This document shows, piece after piece, positions 32,129 through 44,195 of a stretch of 64,000 nt of DNA. Positions within the stretch are counted from its first letter, which is position 1. Each line of letters begins with the position of its first letter. Below the pieces are notes generated by a model. That model saw nothing but the letters and a program-made list of their open reading frames with translations, ran no database searches and was not told the origin of the DNA. The stretch comes from Diplonema japonicum. Its lineage: Eukaryota; Protista; Euglenozoa: Diplonemea. The stretch covers positions 62,001 through 126,000 of the forward strand of contig OZ025660.1 of assembly GCA_964019335.1 (NCBI GenBank), in the 5' to 3' direction. A program made the translations under genes and the position numbers.

Positions 32129-34492
32129 CTAATAGTGCGGGAGCTTGATGGCGTCGGTGATGGTCACGGATTGCGATGCCATGGGGGCGTCGCGTCCTGT
32201 TTGCACAAGGGGGCGAATAGGCTGGCAAGCAGCGGGGTCGAAATTGTAGATGGGGCTGAAGTACAGCGACTCCATGACAGCAGCGGTGGGCTGCAAGAAG
32301 CGGGCAATATTTCCCTCGCACTTCCCTTCGAGCACAAAGCTGAACGTCACACCTGCTTCTACGTCTTCCTTGTAAGCACGTGGCACGAAGTAGTAAGGCT
32401 TCGCGGACGGCTTCAGTCGGATACGCAGCACTGTTTCCCTCCCCTTCCAGAACGTCCCTTGATGACTCGAGTCAATGAGTGTCCAGTGCCCGTCATGGTC
32501 ACCGATCACAGATGTGCAGTAGGCCACTGACTCGTCTACATCTTCGTGAAGGCCTCTTCTGTCCTTTTGGTGTATCGTCACGATCACCGTGCATTCACGC
32601 ATCACCTGTAGAGCGACCATAACGTTTGGCCCCTGATGAGGAGTAAACTGCACCTGTACGCGCAAAGCGATCTGGCCAGGCTTTGAGTAGCAGACGCCGC
32701 CGCTGTCGAACATCTGGCTCATCTCACTCCAGTTGACTGTGATCACACCCGCCCCCTCGTCCTTGGCACCTTTCCACATTGCCGGGTCGCCCCACACATT
32801 CCTCAAAGTGCACTGGCCGTCGCTGGCCTTTAGCACCAAGTACGAGTAGCCAGTTACCAAACCCACCTGCTTGTAGGTTGCGCTCAGCGAACTCGCCTCC
32901 TCATCCACCTCAGAGGTAGGATCCACACCAGGCGTCGTAACAATCACCAAGTACCCTTTGCTTACTGCGTCCTCAAGTTCGGTCCATGCATCACTCGGCG
33001 AGCGCCAGTTGAAGTAGTCGTACCCACAGCCCGTGAAATCAGTGAAGGCACTCAAAGCGTCGCCGCCCCCACGCAGGCTTGAGTATGAGCCGTACATCTT
33101 TGCAAAGGCCTTCTGAAGGAGCGACGGCCACAAAGCTCCCGCACACGACACAGACCTCGCAAAGGCAGGTCCTAAAGGACTGGCCGGTAGCCAGTCGTCG
33201 ATTACAAAAGTCTCCCACCAGCCGCCTTTGCACAGCCGCAGACGGTATATCCCTGCCCTGTGGTCCTGCGTGATTGTGGTGCGTGAGGCTGACAAGTATG
33301 CAGATTCGAATATCGACATGACATTCCTTGGGTCCTCAGCGAGCACAGAGAAGGTACTTAGCAACCATGAATCGCACAGTAATCCTGCATCAATATCATT
33401 AGGCTCTATCCCCATAGGCGCAAGGCCCGTGGTCATGTTCTTTCCCGCAAGTGCTTCTTCCATTCTTATCCACGGCCTCACGGTGGTCGGCTCTTCAAAG
33501 ACACGGCTTATGCTTTGTTGGCAAGGAGGGAATTCAGGATCCACGAATGGAGTACTACTTAAAGCACACAAGTCAGCAACAGAAGAGCTGTCGTCAGGAG
33601 AGTTGGAGCTTTGGCAGAGCAACCTCACCTTATCGGAAGCAGCAGCGAGCTTGCTGTCAAGGTCTTCTCTAAAATAGTCCAAACACGAAGTGCTGGCGTA
33701 GCCGTAACGCATGTTCATGGAATAACCGTTTACGATGCCCCGCACAAGGGTCTTCAGCATGCCAGGGTAGATTGTGAGGGAAAACGAGAGGAAGTCTTCG
33801 CTTATGGCGACATCAGAGTCTCCGGGGGACAGCCTGCTGCCTTCGAGGAAGTGGTAGTCTAGCATGAACTGCATGTCACGCGTACCGTTGAAAAAAGACA
33901 GCTGCGTGTCGCCGTTTTCCAGCTCCAACTGTATCTTATAGATCCTGCCGCCCAGGAGCATGGGTTCCATTTTTGCTTGCGAGGGAAGCGATGGTATCGA
34001 CACACCTACGACAAGGTCACTGTCGAGAGCAGACCCCTTGGGTGCCCAGGCGTCCCCTGCAAGCAGAGCTTGACGCTGCTTCTTCACCGCGAAGGGTTTA
34101 ATAGCGCGCTGAATGATAGGCGACTGCATCTGAGGAATGTAGTCACTGCCTCGTATAGGTGCCGGTGGGCTGTCATGGACTAGCTGCTGCATCTCAACAG
34201 GTGTTCCCGGCTGACTCACGAATGATGTGTCGTTTCTATTGGGGGTGTTTGGTGCTCTCCCCTTCTCCCTCTCTCTCTCTCCATCAAAGGGCAGCCCCTC
34301 TAATGCCATCTTGTTTTCTTCTGTCTGCGACCTCAGCTGCACCGCATATTTCTCAGTTAACGTAATCAAAGACCGAATCTGCTGAAAGCTAGCAGACTGG
34401 CTCTCCCTTGCAAGCCTGAGCTCGCTTTCTAAAGAGGCGTTTACCTCCTTCAGCAACATGTTCTCTTTGCGTAGAGCCTCCATCTCTAACAT
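32129..34492 (-). CDS. Calpain-like protein, predicted catalytically inactive
   Basis: FVDPEFPP, AGLLCDSWLL (nucleophile Cys to Ser), IDDWLP, LQKAFAKMYGSY, TGYSY (His to Tyr), LRNVWG. Confidence 0.9.
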   Translation of the reverse strand: MLEMEALRKENMLLKEVNASLESELRLARESQSASFQQIRSLITLTEKYAVQLRSQTEENKMALEGLPFDGEREREKGRAPNTPNRNDTSFVSQPGTPVEMQQLVHDSPPAPIRGSDYIPQMQSPIIQRAIKPFAVKKQRQALLAGDAWAPKGSALDSDLVVGVSIPSLPSQAKMEPMLLGGRIYKIQLELENGDTQLSFFNGTRDMQFMLDYHFLEGSRLSPGDSDVAISEDFLSFSLTIYPGMLKTLVRGIVNGYSMNMRYGYASTSCLDYFREDLDSKLAAASDKVRLLCQSSNSPDDSSSVADLCALSSTPFVDPEFPPCQQSISRVFEEPTTVRPWIRMEEALAGKNMTTGLAPMGIEPNDIDAGLLCDSWLLSTFSVLAEDPRNVMSIFESAYLSASRTTITQDHRAGIYRLRLCKGGWWETFVIDDWLPASPLGPAFARSVSCAGALWPSLLQKAFAKMYGSYSSLRGGGDALSAFTDFTGCGYDYFNWRSPSDAWTELEDAVSKGYLVIVTTPGVDPTSEVDEEASSLSATYKQVGLVTGYSYLVLKASDGQCTLRNVWGDPAMWKGAKDEGAGVITVNWSEMSQMFDSGGVCYSKPGQIALRVQVQFTPHQGPNVMVALQVMRECTVIVTIHQKDRRGLHEDVDESVAYCTSVIGDHDGHWTLIDSSHQGTFWKGRETVLRIRLKPSAKPYYFVPRAYKEDVEAGVTFSFVLEGKCEGNIARFLQPTAAVMESLYFSPIYNFDPAACQPIRPLVQTGRDAPMASQSVTITDAIKLPHY

Positions 34493-34585
34493 ATTGCCTG
34501 CGGTGCTAAAAAGTGAGAACAAGCAGAAAAGCATCACTCAAATACAGATACAGGACTAAACTATACTAATGGCCACTGGCCTACG

Positions 34586-35402
34586 TCAGCTCCGGAGTGT
34601 ACCGTGCGAACTCCGAATCATAGAGTACCTCCCATCTTCGTACCGAAGCAGTTCAGACTTCAAAGCAGTGACCTGGTCCCTGAGCTCACGGATCTGCCTC
34701 TCGCCAGCGTCTACAGCACGTATGGAAGCATCCAGCTTGGCAGCCACCAAGCAGTCTACGGAGTCCCGCTCCTCCAGCTCCGCAAGCAGACTCTTGTTTT
34801 CTGTCTTTAGGCACTCTACTTCATCCTTAACACTAGACAAGCCTTCATACTTGCTAACCCTTTCCTCGAGACTCCCGACTGTGGAACGAAGCTGTATGTT
34901 GTCAGCATGAAGCTGCTGGAAGTTGTATGACACAAGCTCCAAGTCGGCATTGCGCGCTTTGAGTGCACTCAGCTCGTCGCGCAGGAGTGCGTTTTCATCC
35001 TCCCTACCTTGCAGGCTCTTTGCTAGTTCTACTTGTTCCTCCAGCTGCTTCTTCAGGTGTTCAACCTCACTCTTGCTGCGGATAACATCAAAGTGCTTCT
35101 TCATGCAGTCAATAACAAGGGTCTCGGCGTTCTCCCTGTGGTGGTGGTCAGCTGCTTCTCTTTCTGCGTGCTGTTCAACGCGCACCAGTAGTCCCTGAGG
35201 GTCACCCGACTTCGATTGGGAGTGCGAACGGGATCTCTGCCGGGAGTGCGAGCGGGACCTTGGCGAGTGCTGCTTTGTGTGGATTACATTGCACCATCAC
35301 CCATCATACCGAACTCATGCGTCTGGGGGACTCGCCCTGAAGGGCACATGCTGCAAGCCCTTCACCAAACCTCTTTATTCTCGTGTACCTTGGAGAACTC
35401 AT
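34586..35402 (-). CDS. Coiled-coil hypothetical protein with short RS-rich segment
   Basis: 199-aa coiled-coil ORF extended upstream via a GTATG...AAG/CAG intron to ATG 35402. Confidence 0.6.
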
Positions 35403-35467
35403 GTCATTTCCTTATGATGGTTTAATTCTCAAAGAAAGCCGGGGCAAAGAAGAATATCTATAATCTA

Positions 35468-38400
35468 CTAGAGTCGTATAGTGTGCCATGAGTGGATCTT
35501 TGCTTCGCCACCTTTCTGAACAGGCCTCTCTATCGTGGGTAGGACAAGGTCGCTGCTGTAATCGAACAGCGGCTGCCCCTCCTGGCTTTGGTATGCCGCA
35601 CTGTACTTCGTAGAGTGGTAAATGCTGACGAAATGGTCGTAGTACAGTGCATGCTCAGCTGTCATGTCAGGAAATACGTGCTTCTTGCTGTTCGGTGGGA
35701 TTGTCAACCTAGCGAGCCCTGCCTCGGTATTGACTTCGCAAGTCCACATCCAAGTGGCGGAAGTGTTCTCGAGTACCATTCCTGTATTCACTCCTGTATC
35801 CTCCCGCCACCATACACATGTCGCGTGCTGCCCATTTGGAAGGGGCTTTCCCTCCTGCCCCTTACCCTGCCGGCATACTGCACTGTAGTAAACCTCACCT
35901 AGCTCATTCTTTGTTGCTTTTCTGATATAACCCCAACCAGCATCTGGTACTTCGGTGTAAAGTGCCAAAACGAACTGCGTTGTCTCTATTGTCACGTCTA
36001 CCCTGCTGGGTATCGCTACGTACCTGACACCTTGCTCCAGGGTCAGCTCCACCGCCAGTGGTGGATCATCAGGGCCTGAGTACGGAGTTCCTAACGCAGG
36101 CACGACAGCAACAACCTCGAATGCCAAACTGGGGTCAGGGTGCTGTCTTAGGACGGTCAGGCCTAAGGTTGGCGATGTGCCTGGGGCGGCTGTCTGCAAT
36201 TGTAAGACGCTGCGTGACGTTTTCTCAACTTGGATCTCAACGACGAACTCGCAGAAGCAACCTGTAGTCTCCCCGTGTATCCTGATGTCACTCCAATCTG
36301 GCCGCAGGTGGCACACAGTGAGGGATGCAAAGTTGCCGATCACGTCACCGAACTCCATCCAAAAAACATCGCGTGCTTTGTCCTGCTGCACGTCCTCGCT
36401 GCGCAGGCTGGCGTACAGATCCACTTCTGTTGTCACGCAGTTCTTGTCCGTCTGCTTCCACACAGGGTCACTCCAGTTCCATGGAAACGCCCAGTCACTG
36501 CAACCACTCAAGCGCAGCAGCTTGCGCCCTCTGTACTCTAATGCACTCAGTACTGTCGCGGAGCACAGTTCAATACTATTTGGTTCGGCCACCTTTATCA
36601 CACCGTCTGGTTGCGGCTCAACAGCAGACCCAGCGATACACACGATGCAGGATTGCGATACCCAACCGCACACCTCTGCCCAGACGGCGTCCAGATCAAG
36701 GTCGGGGTGCGCAAGACATATCCTGTGATACGGAGCCCCTGTCAAAAGGGAAAGTGCACGCCCAACTGTGCCCTGTTTCAGGTTCATGTAACCTCCTGCT
36801 AGCCATGCTGCTGTTTTCTCCAATAAGTGGACCCACAGCTCCTGAGTGTCTGACTGTGCGTAGCATGGACCTTTCAGGTTGCATGGGATCCAAGTGTCAC
36901 ACGTGATATCCATCCACCACCCACTAGTGCACACGTGTGATGTGAAGTAGCCCGCAGGCAAGTCATACTCCGTAAAACAGTTTGGCACCAGGTGTGACTT
37001 TTCTGCTATTGCGCGTACTGCTGTTACCCACCACATGTGGCCAAGTATTCCACTTGTTATGTTGACAGAAGGAGGCGTTCCCACCATGATGGCAGGGTCG
37101 CGGTGAACGGGAAGAAACTGCTGCGGTCGCTTCAACACGCAGCTGCTCTCAAGCTCGCTTGTCATGATGTCCACAAAATCCACATCCACGTAGAGAATGT
37201 TCTCGTCGTGACACTTATGGAGTAGCATCTGTTGCTTCATTCTAGGAAGGCCCCTGATAAGCTCTACCTCACACGCTAGTTTCTTTCTCACGTAAGCGGC
37301 AGTTGGCTCTTCCTCGAACCCGTACTCGGAGATAAGCTTGTGAAGCGAGAAGTGCTGAGGCTCGATGGTATGAGTGGCTAGGGGCATGAGGTAAGACACC
37401 TGCTGGGATGGGGTGAGTAGACTGAATATCACGGAGATGGTGCAGATGACCCTTCCACTTGTCTTCCCTGTAGAGGTAATCTGCACAAGCCCGGCCGTTT
37501 CTCCAGGAAGGAGGCTGGTCGCATAGTCCGTGTCGCTGCTTCTTTTAGCGTTCCCGCACGGGCACACGGATACGAGATCGTAACTGTTGCTGAAGCTCGC
37601 GTTGATGGACACATGATGAGGTGCAGCGTCGTGCCACGCTAAGGCAACGCGGGCGTTGTCGTCGTGCCAAGTGAATTGCATGGTTTGGGTAGTTGCCTTG
37701 TTCGGCCGGGGGTCGAAGCCGCACACAGGTACCGACTTCCCGGGTGGTATCGAGGTACTGAGGAAGATAGTCTCTTGGCTGCCTGACATCGAAGCTACCG
37801 TGTTGTGGATAGGGACAATGGTGGACTCTGTCCCCGAAGCAGCGATGTCGATGTCCAAGGCCTGTCCTTGTGGAGACATATTAGTGAGGATCAGACCCAG
37901 CCCTTCAAGCTCACTAGAGTCAGAGATATTCTTTGTCAATGGTATCCCAGGTTGCTTGGGTGGGCTTCTTGAAGCAACCTGAACAGGTAGTGCAGGCTTT
38001 GGATTGGACGGCACAGAAACTCTTGAAGACAGTTGCGAGACATGCTGGATGGGCGACACGTTAAGACTGTCACGTTGCGCTGCCGGCTGAGAGCTCCTGA
38101 GAGACCGCTGTGGTTGCTGTGGTTGCTGAGGCGACATCCGTGGTGATGTTTGCAGTTCATTTAGAATGGGGCGGAAGCTGGGCGGCAGCACAGGAGACTT
38201 TTTGGCGGATGGAGAGCTGCGATCGGGTGGAGGAGGGCTGTCCCGTGGCAAACGGGTACGCGCCTCCTTGCGAATATTGAAGACTTTCAGCATGCTAGTG
38301 TTCTGCCCCGAATTGGAACAGACCACCTTCCATGTTTCAGATTTAGTCTGCACTACCACGGCATCGCCCTCAACAGCACATGCCGTCACTGTCTTGTATG

Positions 38401-38671
38401 GGATGTCTGTTCTTGCACCATCGATGTTCATTACAATCTTGCTCTTTCCAAAGTGGACTGCCGCTGGCACACCTTTGATATACACCCCTGATGTGTAGCT
38501 GACCTCGTCAATGGCAGCCATGCTGTCCCCTTCTATCCCGCCCTGGGGTGCATTTAATAATGCAATATACTTCTCGGTTGCCGCGAGGAGCTCCCAGTAC
38601 GCAGAGAGCGATAGCTTAAAAGCTACGCCGCCCTCATCGTCACACACATCGACTGCCCCGTCGCCATTCAT
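35468..38671 (-). CDS. Calpain-like protein, highly degenerate and predicted inactive
   Basis: SGILGHMWW at the QGxLGDCW site, CDTWIP, ELWVHLLEKTAA...GGY, LTGAP, FWMEFGD. Confidence 0.85.
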   Translation of the reverse strand: MNGDGAVDVCDDEGGVAFKLSLSAYWELLAATEKYIALLNAPQGGIEGDSMAAIDEVSYTSGVYIKGVPAAVHFGKSKIVMNIDGARTDIPYKTVTACAVEGDAVVVQTKSETWKVVCSNSGQNTSMLKVFNIRKEARTRLPRDSPPPPDRSSPSAKKSPVLPPSFRPILNELQTSPRMSPQQPQQPQRSLRSSQPAAQRDSLNVSPIQHVSQLSSRVSVPSNPKPALPVQVASRSPPKQPGIPLTKNISDSSELEGLGLILTNMSPQGQALDIDIAASGTESTIVPIHNTVASMSGSQETIFLSTSIPPGKSVPVCGFDPRPNKATTQTMQFTWHDDNARVALAWHDAAPHHVSINASFSNSYDLVSVCPCGNAKRSSDTDYATSLLPGETAGLVQITSTGKTSGRVICTISVIFSLLTPSQQVSYLMPLATHTIEPQHFSLHKLISEYGFEEEPTAAYVRKKLACEVELIRGLPRMKQQMLLHKCHDENILYVDVDFVDIMTSELESSCVLKRPQQFLPVHRDPAIMVGTPPSVNITSGILGHMWWVTAVRAIAEKSHLVPNCFTEYDLPAGYFTSHVCTSGWWMDITCDTWIPCNLKGPCYAQSDTQELWVHLLEKTAAWLAGGYMNLKQGTVGRALSLLTGAPYHRICLAHPDLDLDAVWAEVCGWVSQSCIVCIAGSAVEPQPDGVIKVAEPNSIELCSATVLSALEYRGRKLLRLSGCSDWAFPWNWSDPVWKQTDKNCVTTEVDLYASLRSEDVQQDKARDVFWMEFGDVIGNFASLTVCHLRPDWSDIRIHGETTGCFCEFVVEIQVEKTSRSVLQLQTAAPGTSPTLGLTVLRQHPDPSLAFEVVAVVPALGTPYSGPDDPPLAVELTLEQGVRYVAIPSRVDVTIETTQFVLALYTEVPDAGWGYIRKATKNELGEVYYSAVCRQGKGQEGKPLPNGQHATCVWWREDTGVNTGMVLENTSATWMWTCEVNTEAGLARLTIPPNSKKHVFPDMTAEHALYYDHFVSIYHSTKYSAAYQSQEGQPLFDYSSDLVLPTIERPVQKGGEAKIHSWHTIRL

Positions 38672-38844
38672 GGTACTGTGAAGGGTATTCAAAAGTAAAT
38701 GGACGGATAAAACAGGAAAGATAAGGAATCAAAAAATCCCCTTGAACAGTAAAATGCTAATGAAAAAAAAAGAGAAAAACAAAGTCATGGGCAGCCAGAA
38801 AGCGACGACGGAGCGAGAGGGCAAAGGAAACATTTCGCCGGTGC

Positions 38845-40306
<1,462 letters not shown>

Positions 40307-40425
40307 TCTGTACCCCCGTTCGCTTTAGCTGCATGGCTAAGCAAGAAGAAAAGAGAATCAAGAAAAAAAGGTTACTTACAGGAAAAAAAGGGAAAAAAGG
40401 AAAAAAAGGAAGCGGTATAAACCGC

Positions 40426-40875
40426 TCAGTTCACGACCATCATCTTGCGGAACTCGTCGTAGTCCATCTTCCCGTCGCCATCTAAGTCAGCTTCTCTGAT
40501 CATCTCGTCTGCCTCCTCAGGAGTCATGCGGAGACCGAGCTTCCCCATGGCGTACTGTAGGTTTGAGGGTGTGATGAGGCCTGTGCCATTGATGTCATAG
40601 AACTGAAAGGTCTCCCTCAGGTCGACGTCGTTATCTGCTTTTTCCATCTTATCTGCCACGAGCGTCAAAAACTCAGGGAAATCGATCACGCCATCATCGT
40701 CCACATCAGCCTCTTTCAGCAGGGCTTTTATCTCGTCATCAGTAGTGCTCTGTCCCACTGACCTCAGCACCTCTGCCAGCTCCTCAGTCGAGATCGTCCC
40801 ACTCCCATCCGCGTCAAATAAGCTAAACGCATCCCGAAACTCCTGAATCTGATCCTGCGACATCTGATCAGCCAT
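40426..40875 (-). CDS. Calmodulin-like four-EF-hand protein (149 aa)
   Basis: DADGSGTISTEE, DVDDDGVIDFPE, DINGTGLITPSN (non-canonical position 12), DLDGDGKMDYDE. Confidence 0.92.
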   Translation of the reverse strand: MADQMSQDQIQEFRDAFSLFDADGSGTISTEELAEVLRSVGQSTTDDEIKALLKEADVDDDGVIDFPEFLTLVADKMEKADNDVDLRETFQFYDINGTGLITPSNLQYAMGKLGLRMTPEEADEMIREADLDGDGKMDYDEFRKMMVVN

Positions 40876-40968
40876 CTTGTTATATTCAACAGCCCCCCTT
40901 TTCCTTGTACGTCATTGTAGTCATTATGCAAAAACTACGGGACGGGGTATAACTATGTCTCTTCTTTC

Positions 40969-41835
40969 TCAAGGTTCTGTTTCATTCACTGACGCTACCA
41001 TCGGCAGTCCCTTGCTACCCAAAAACACCTGCTTTGTGTTCCACCATTGGGTAAAGAACATACCATCTTAGCATTGCAAGACGAACCCAAAATCTCTGTC
41101 GCCTGAATTGCGTTCCACTGCAGCATCCCGTCTGTGGTGTTCCCCGATATAATCTGCTGTGCGGTGGCAGTCCCCTCTGCTTCAATCACCTTTCTTTGTG
41201 CTTCTTGTCGTTCCTGCGAGGAGTCTTTATTCAAAAAAAACTAGTACCTTATCGAGGACGAACTGCATTGTCTCGGCTTCTTGCTGCAACTGCATCTTAC
41301 GCTCAATGGCATCGGTGATGAGCTGCGGAAGAACGAGTTTGTTGATGGGTGTTGACTCGATCACTATGCCGTACGAAGCTACGCTAGCAAGGAGGTCTGT
41401 TCTGAGGCTGTTTGTCATCGTTTGGCGTGTTGCTGCAGTGTACAGTGCTGCAGCGGTGTGCGCAGAAGTAACCTCTCGCACGTTGGACTCGAACTGCGGC
41501 TTCAGCAAAGTGTTCATGATGTCATTCCCGAAGGTGGTGTAGACCTTTACAGCGTCGATGGAGGTTAGATGGAACAGGCAGGACGCCTCCAGGTACACAT
41601 TGACACCCTCCTGCGTGGGGACATTGTTCGCAAAGTGCAAAATTTGTGTCTGCACATTCAACAACGACACACCCGACAGCGGGAACACAAACGACATCCC
41701 TGGGTACAAGGGCTCTATGCTTGCCGTTCCAAACAACGTCACCACCCCCACATACCCAACAGGCACCACTACTACCGATAGAATACTCAACGTCAGGAGC
41801 CCCGCGATCCCTAAAAACACATGAGTCAAACGCAT
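40969..41835 (-). CDS. SPFH/band-7 prohibitin-like protein, paralog 1
   Basis: TM anchor, VPVGYVGVVTLFG, VPTQEGVNV, AIERKMQLQQEAE, RKVIEAEG; introns 41214-41247 and 41029-41063. Confidence 0.9.
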
Positions 41836-41971
41836 CGTGTATCCTTGTAGACTGATGCTGCGGAATAGAAAGCAATAAATAAAACACTAGGCATTGATTT
41901 ACCCCATTTTTACTCTTTTTCTTCCCCTATCACATAAAAAGAAAACCACAGGTACACGGTACACTATTACC

Positions 41972-44001
41972 CTAAAGTCCCCTTAGTCTCTGCCTGAGGA
42001 CGCTGGCCTTGCCTTGGCTGGAGAGGCTCTTTTCTTTGCATGCAGCCTGAAAGAATGAAGGAATGAAGGATCATACCTGAAGGTCTCTGTAGCTCATAGT
42101 GGTGAAGTCATCCTCGATATCCATGTCCGCGGGGGTTTCTGGTGCGGGCTCTTCCGCTTCCTTTATACCAGTATCTTCCTCTTCGACGGCTTCACCTTCG
42201 ACAGGCTGCGCATCTTCCTCCATTGCAACGTCTCCTTCTGCCTCCGCCTCCTCCATCTCCTCGTCAAGGCTCTTCACAGACCTCACCATGCAGACTTCCT
42301 TATAGTAGATGGTGTCTGGTAGCGCATTGAAAGGCTCTTCTGCCTCCCACGTGCACAGATCGGTGTTTGCTGCAAGTGCAGCATTGACAAGCGTCTCCTT
42401 CTCAATTGATGCGCGTGCAGCTCCCTAAAAGTGCTTAGAAGCTGTTGTAACCAGCATACCTTCGTAGTGTCGAAGATCTGGAAGGCCTCATACGCCTCAG
42501 GATCAATGCCAGAAACAATTTCTCGGATGTCGACTTTCTGTGCCCTCAGTGCGTCCATCTCGGCTTCGCATTTAGCGAAGTGCTCCTTACACAACTCCTT
42601 CTTTAGCTGTGCGGTTTTGTAACGTTGCGAGGTATTGCATTTGCTTCTATACCTTATTTCTCCCCTCTTCCTTCTCTTTGATCTCGTCAGCCGTCTCACC
42701 CTCGTCTTCCTCGTCCCATACCTTCTGCAGCTCTGCTCTTTTTTCTGCGACGGTCGCTTCACGCTGCACTTCAAGCGCCCTGAGCGCATCTTGCAAATCC
42801 TGCGTGCCCTGCGCGTTCCTTGCTTCTTGTGCAGTTGCCTGTAAGTAATAACATTGCAGGTGCAGCATACCTCCTCCTCACGCTGGTCCTTGGTTTGCAA
42901 GTAAGTGATAATAGCGTTGATGCTCTGATACTGCATGGCTTCGTATAAGAAGTCAAACGCTGAAGTCACCTCGGGGTCATTGGTACCACCGGATTGCAAC
43001 GCTGAGAAACTAATTGCAATAGGCGCCAGAAGCTCCTTTGTCTTCGTTCGCTGACGCTCCTCAGGAACCTTTTTCTTGATCTTCTTTGTGACAACAACCT
43101 TGACCTTTTCCTCACCCTCACCCTCTCCCTCACCCTCACCTTCAGCCTTACCCTCACCCGTAGCTTCGGCCTCTTCCTCCACTTCTACCTCTTCCTCAAC
43201 CTCCACCTGCACTGTGTAGGTCTCTTTCTGCACCTCTACCAACTTCTTAAGCTCAAGTGCAGACAGCTGCATGGTATTAGGCCTGATAAAAAGTGTCGAG
43301 TGGGTAGATTCGCCATCCTCGTTCTCGTAATCAATCTTGCCTACCCTCTCCCACTCTGACACCTCCCTGAAGTCGACACCTGTCTGGCTCGAGAACAATT
43401 CCTTCGCTGCATCCACCACCTCCTCGAAGTTTCCGTCCTTCACAGCACCACCGTAGAATACTGATTTGCCCTTAACTCTAGTGACAAGCAAACTTGTGGT
43501 ATTGAGCGAGGATGATGCTTCCTTGCAGAGGGGCAGCACCATGCGGACATATATTTCACCATCCTCGGGTGCACGCGAGATGGCGGCAAAGTCTTCAGCA
43601 GCTGCCTCACAGCTGTCGGCCGTGATAGTGTAGCCCGCAGGAATGCAGGGGGACAGCTCGCTGCAGTAGGAGGTGTATAACAGTGCATTCGCATGGAGCT
43701 TCTTGCCAGGGAAGTGGAGCTGCTGGTTCGCAGCAGAGCGTTCGTGCTCCGTGAAGGGCATGAAAGTGCACACCGCTGCCGGTCTGGGAGCTGCTGTACT
43801 CCTTGGAGGTGCCTCTGCCCCTTTGCCCGCATCGTTCTTACCACTTTTGCTTCCCTTCCCACCACCTTTGCTTCCTTTCTCACTCTTTCCTGACTTCCCC
43901 GACTTTCCACCAGTCACTGGCTTCCGCGCTCCTCGTGCGGGGTACGGGGCAAACCTCTCGCTCCTGTCCCTCCCCCTCCTGTCGGCACGTCCGTACGACA
44001 T
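41972..44001 (-). CDS. CCAR1/DBC1-like nuclear protein with C-terminal SAP domain, 5 exons
   Basis: RG-rich N-terminus; FYGG...QTGVDFREVSEWERVGKIDY resembles the DBC1 domain; EAFQIFD EF-like segment; MSYRDLQAACKEKSLSSQGKASVLRQRL SAP motif after a 30-nt intron. Confidence 0.65.
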
Positions 44002-44195
44002 CGTTCGAATCCTGGTGATTAATGAAGCACAAAACTAGTCTTCTTAAAAAATAATCCTTTTTGCAACACTATTAGTCTTACGTCGGTATCACCTGTCATG
44101 GCAGATGGCACCGTGCGGGCAGCGGGGTCTCGTCCGCGAACATGCAGCACTGACCGAAGATCGATAATCTTCATACTTCCCTCTTAGTTTTATCC

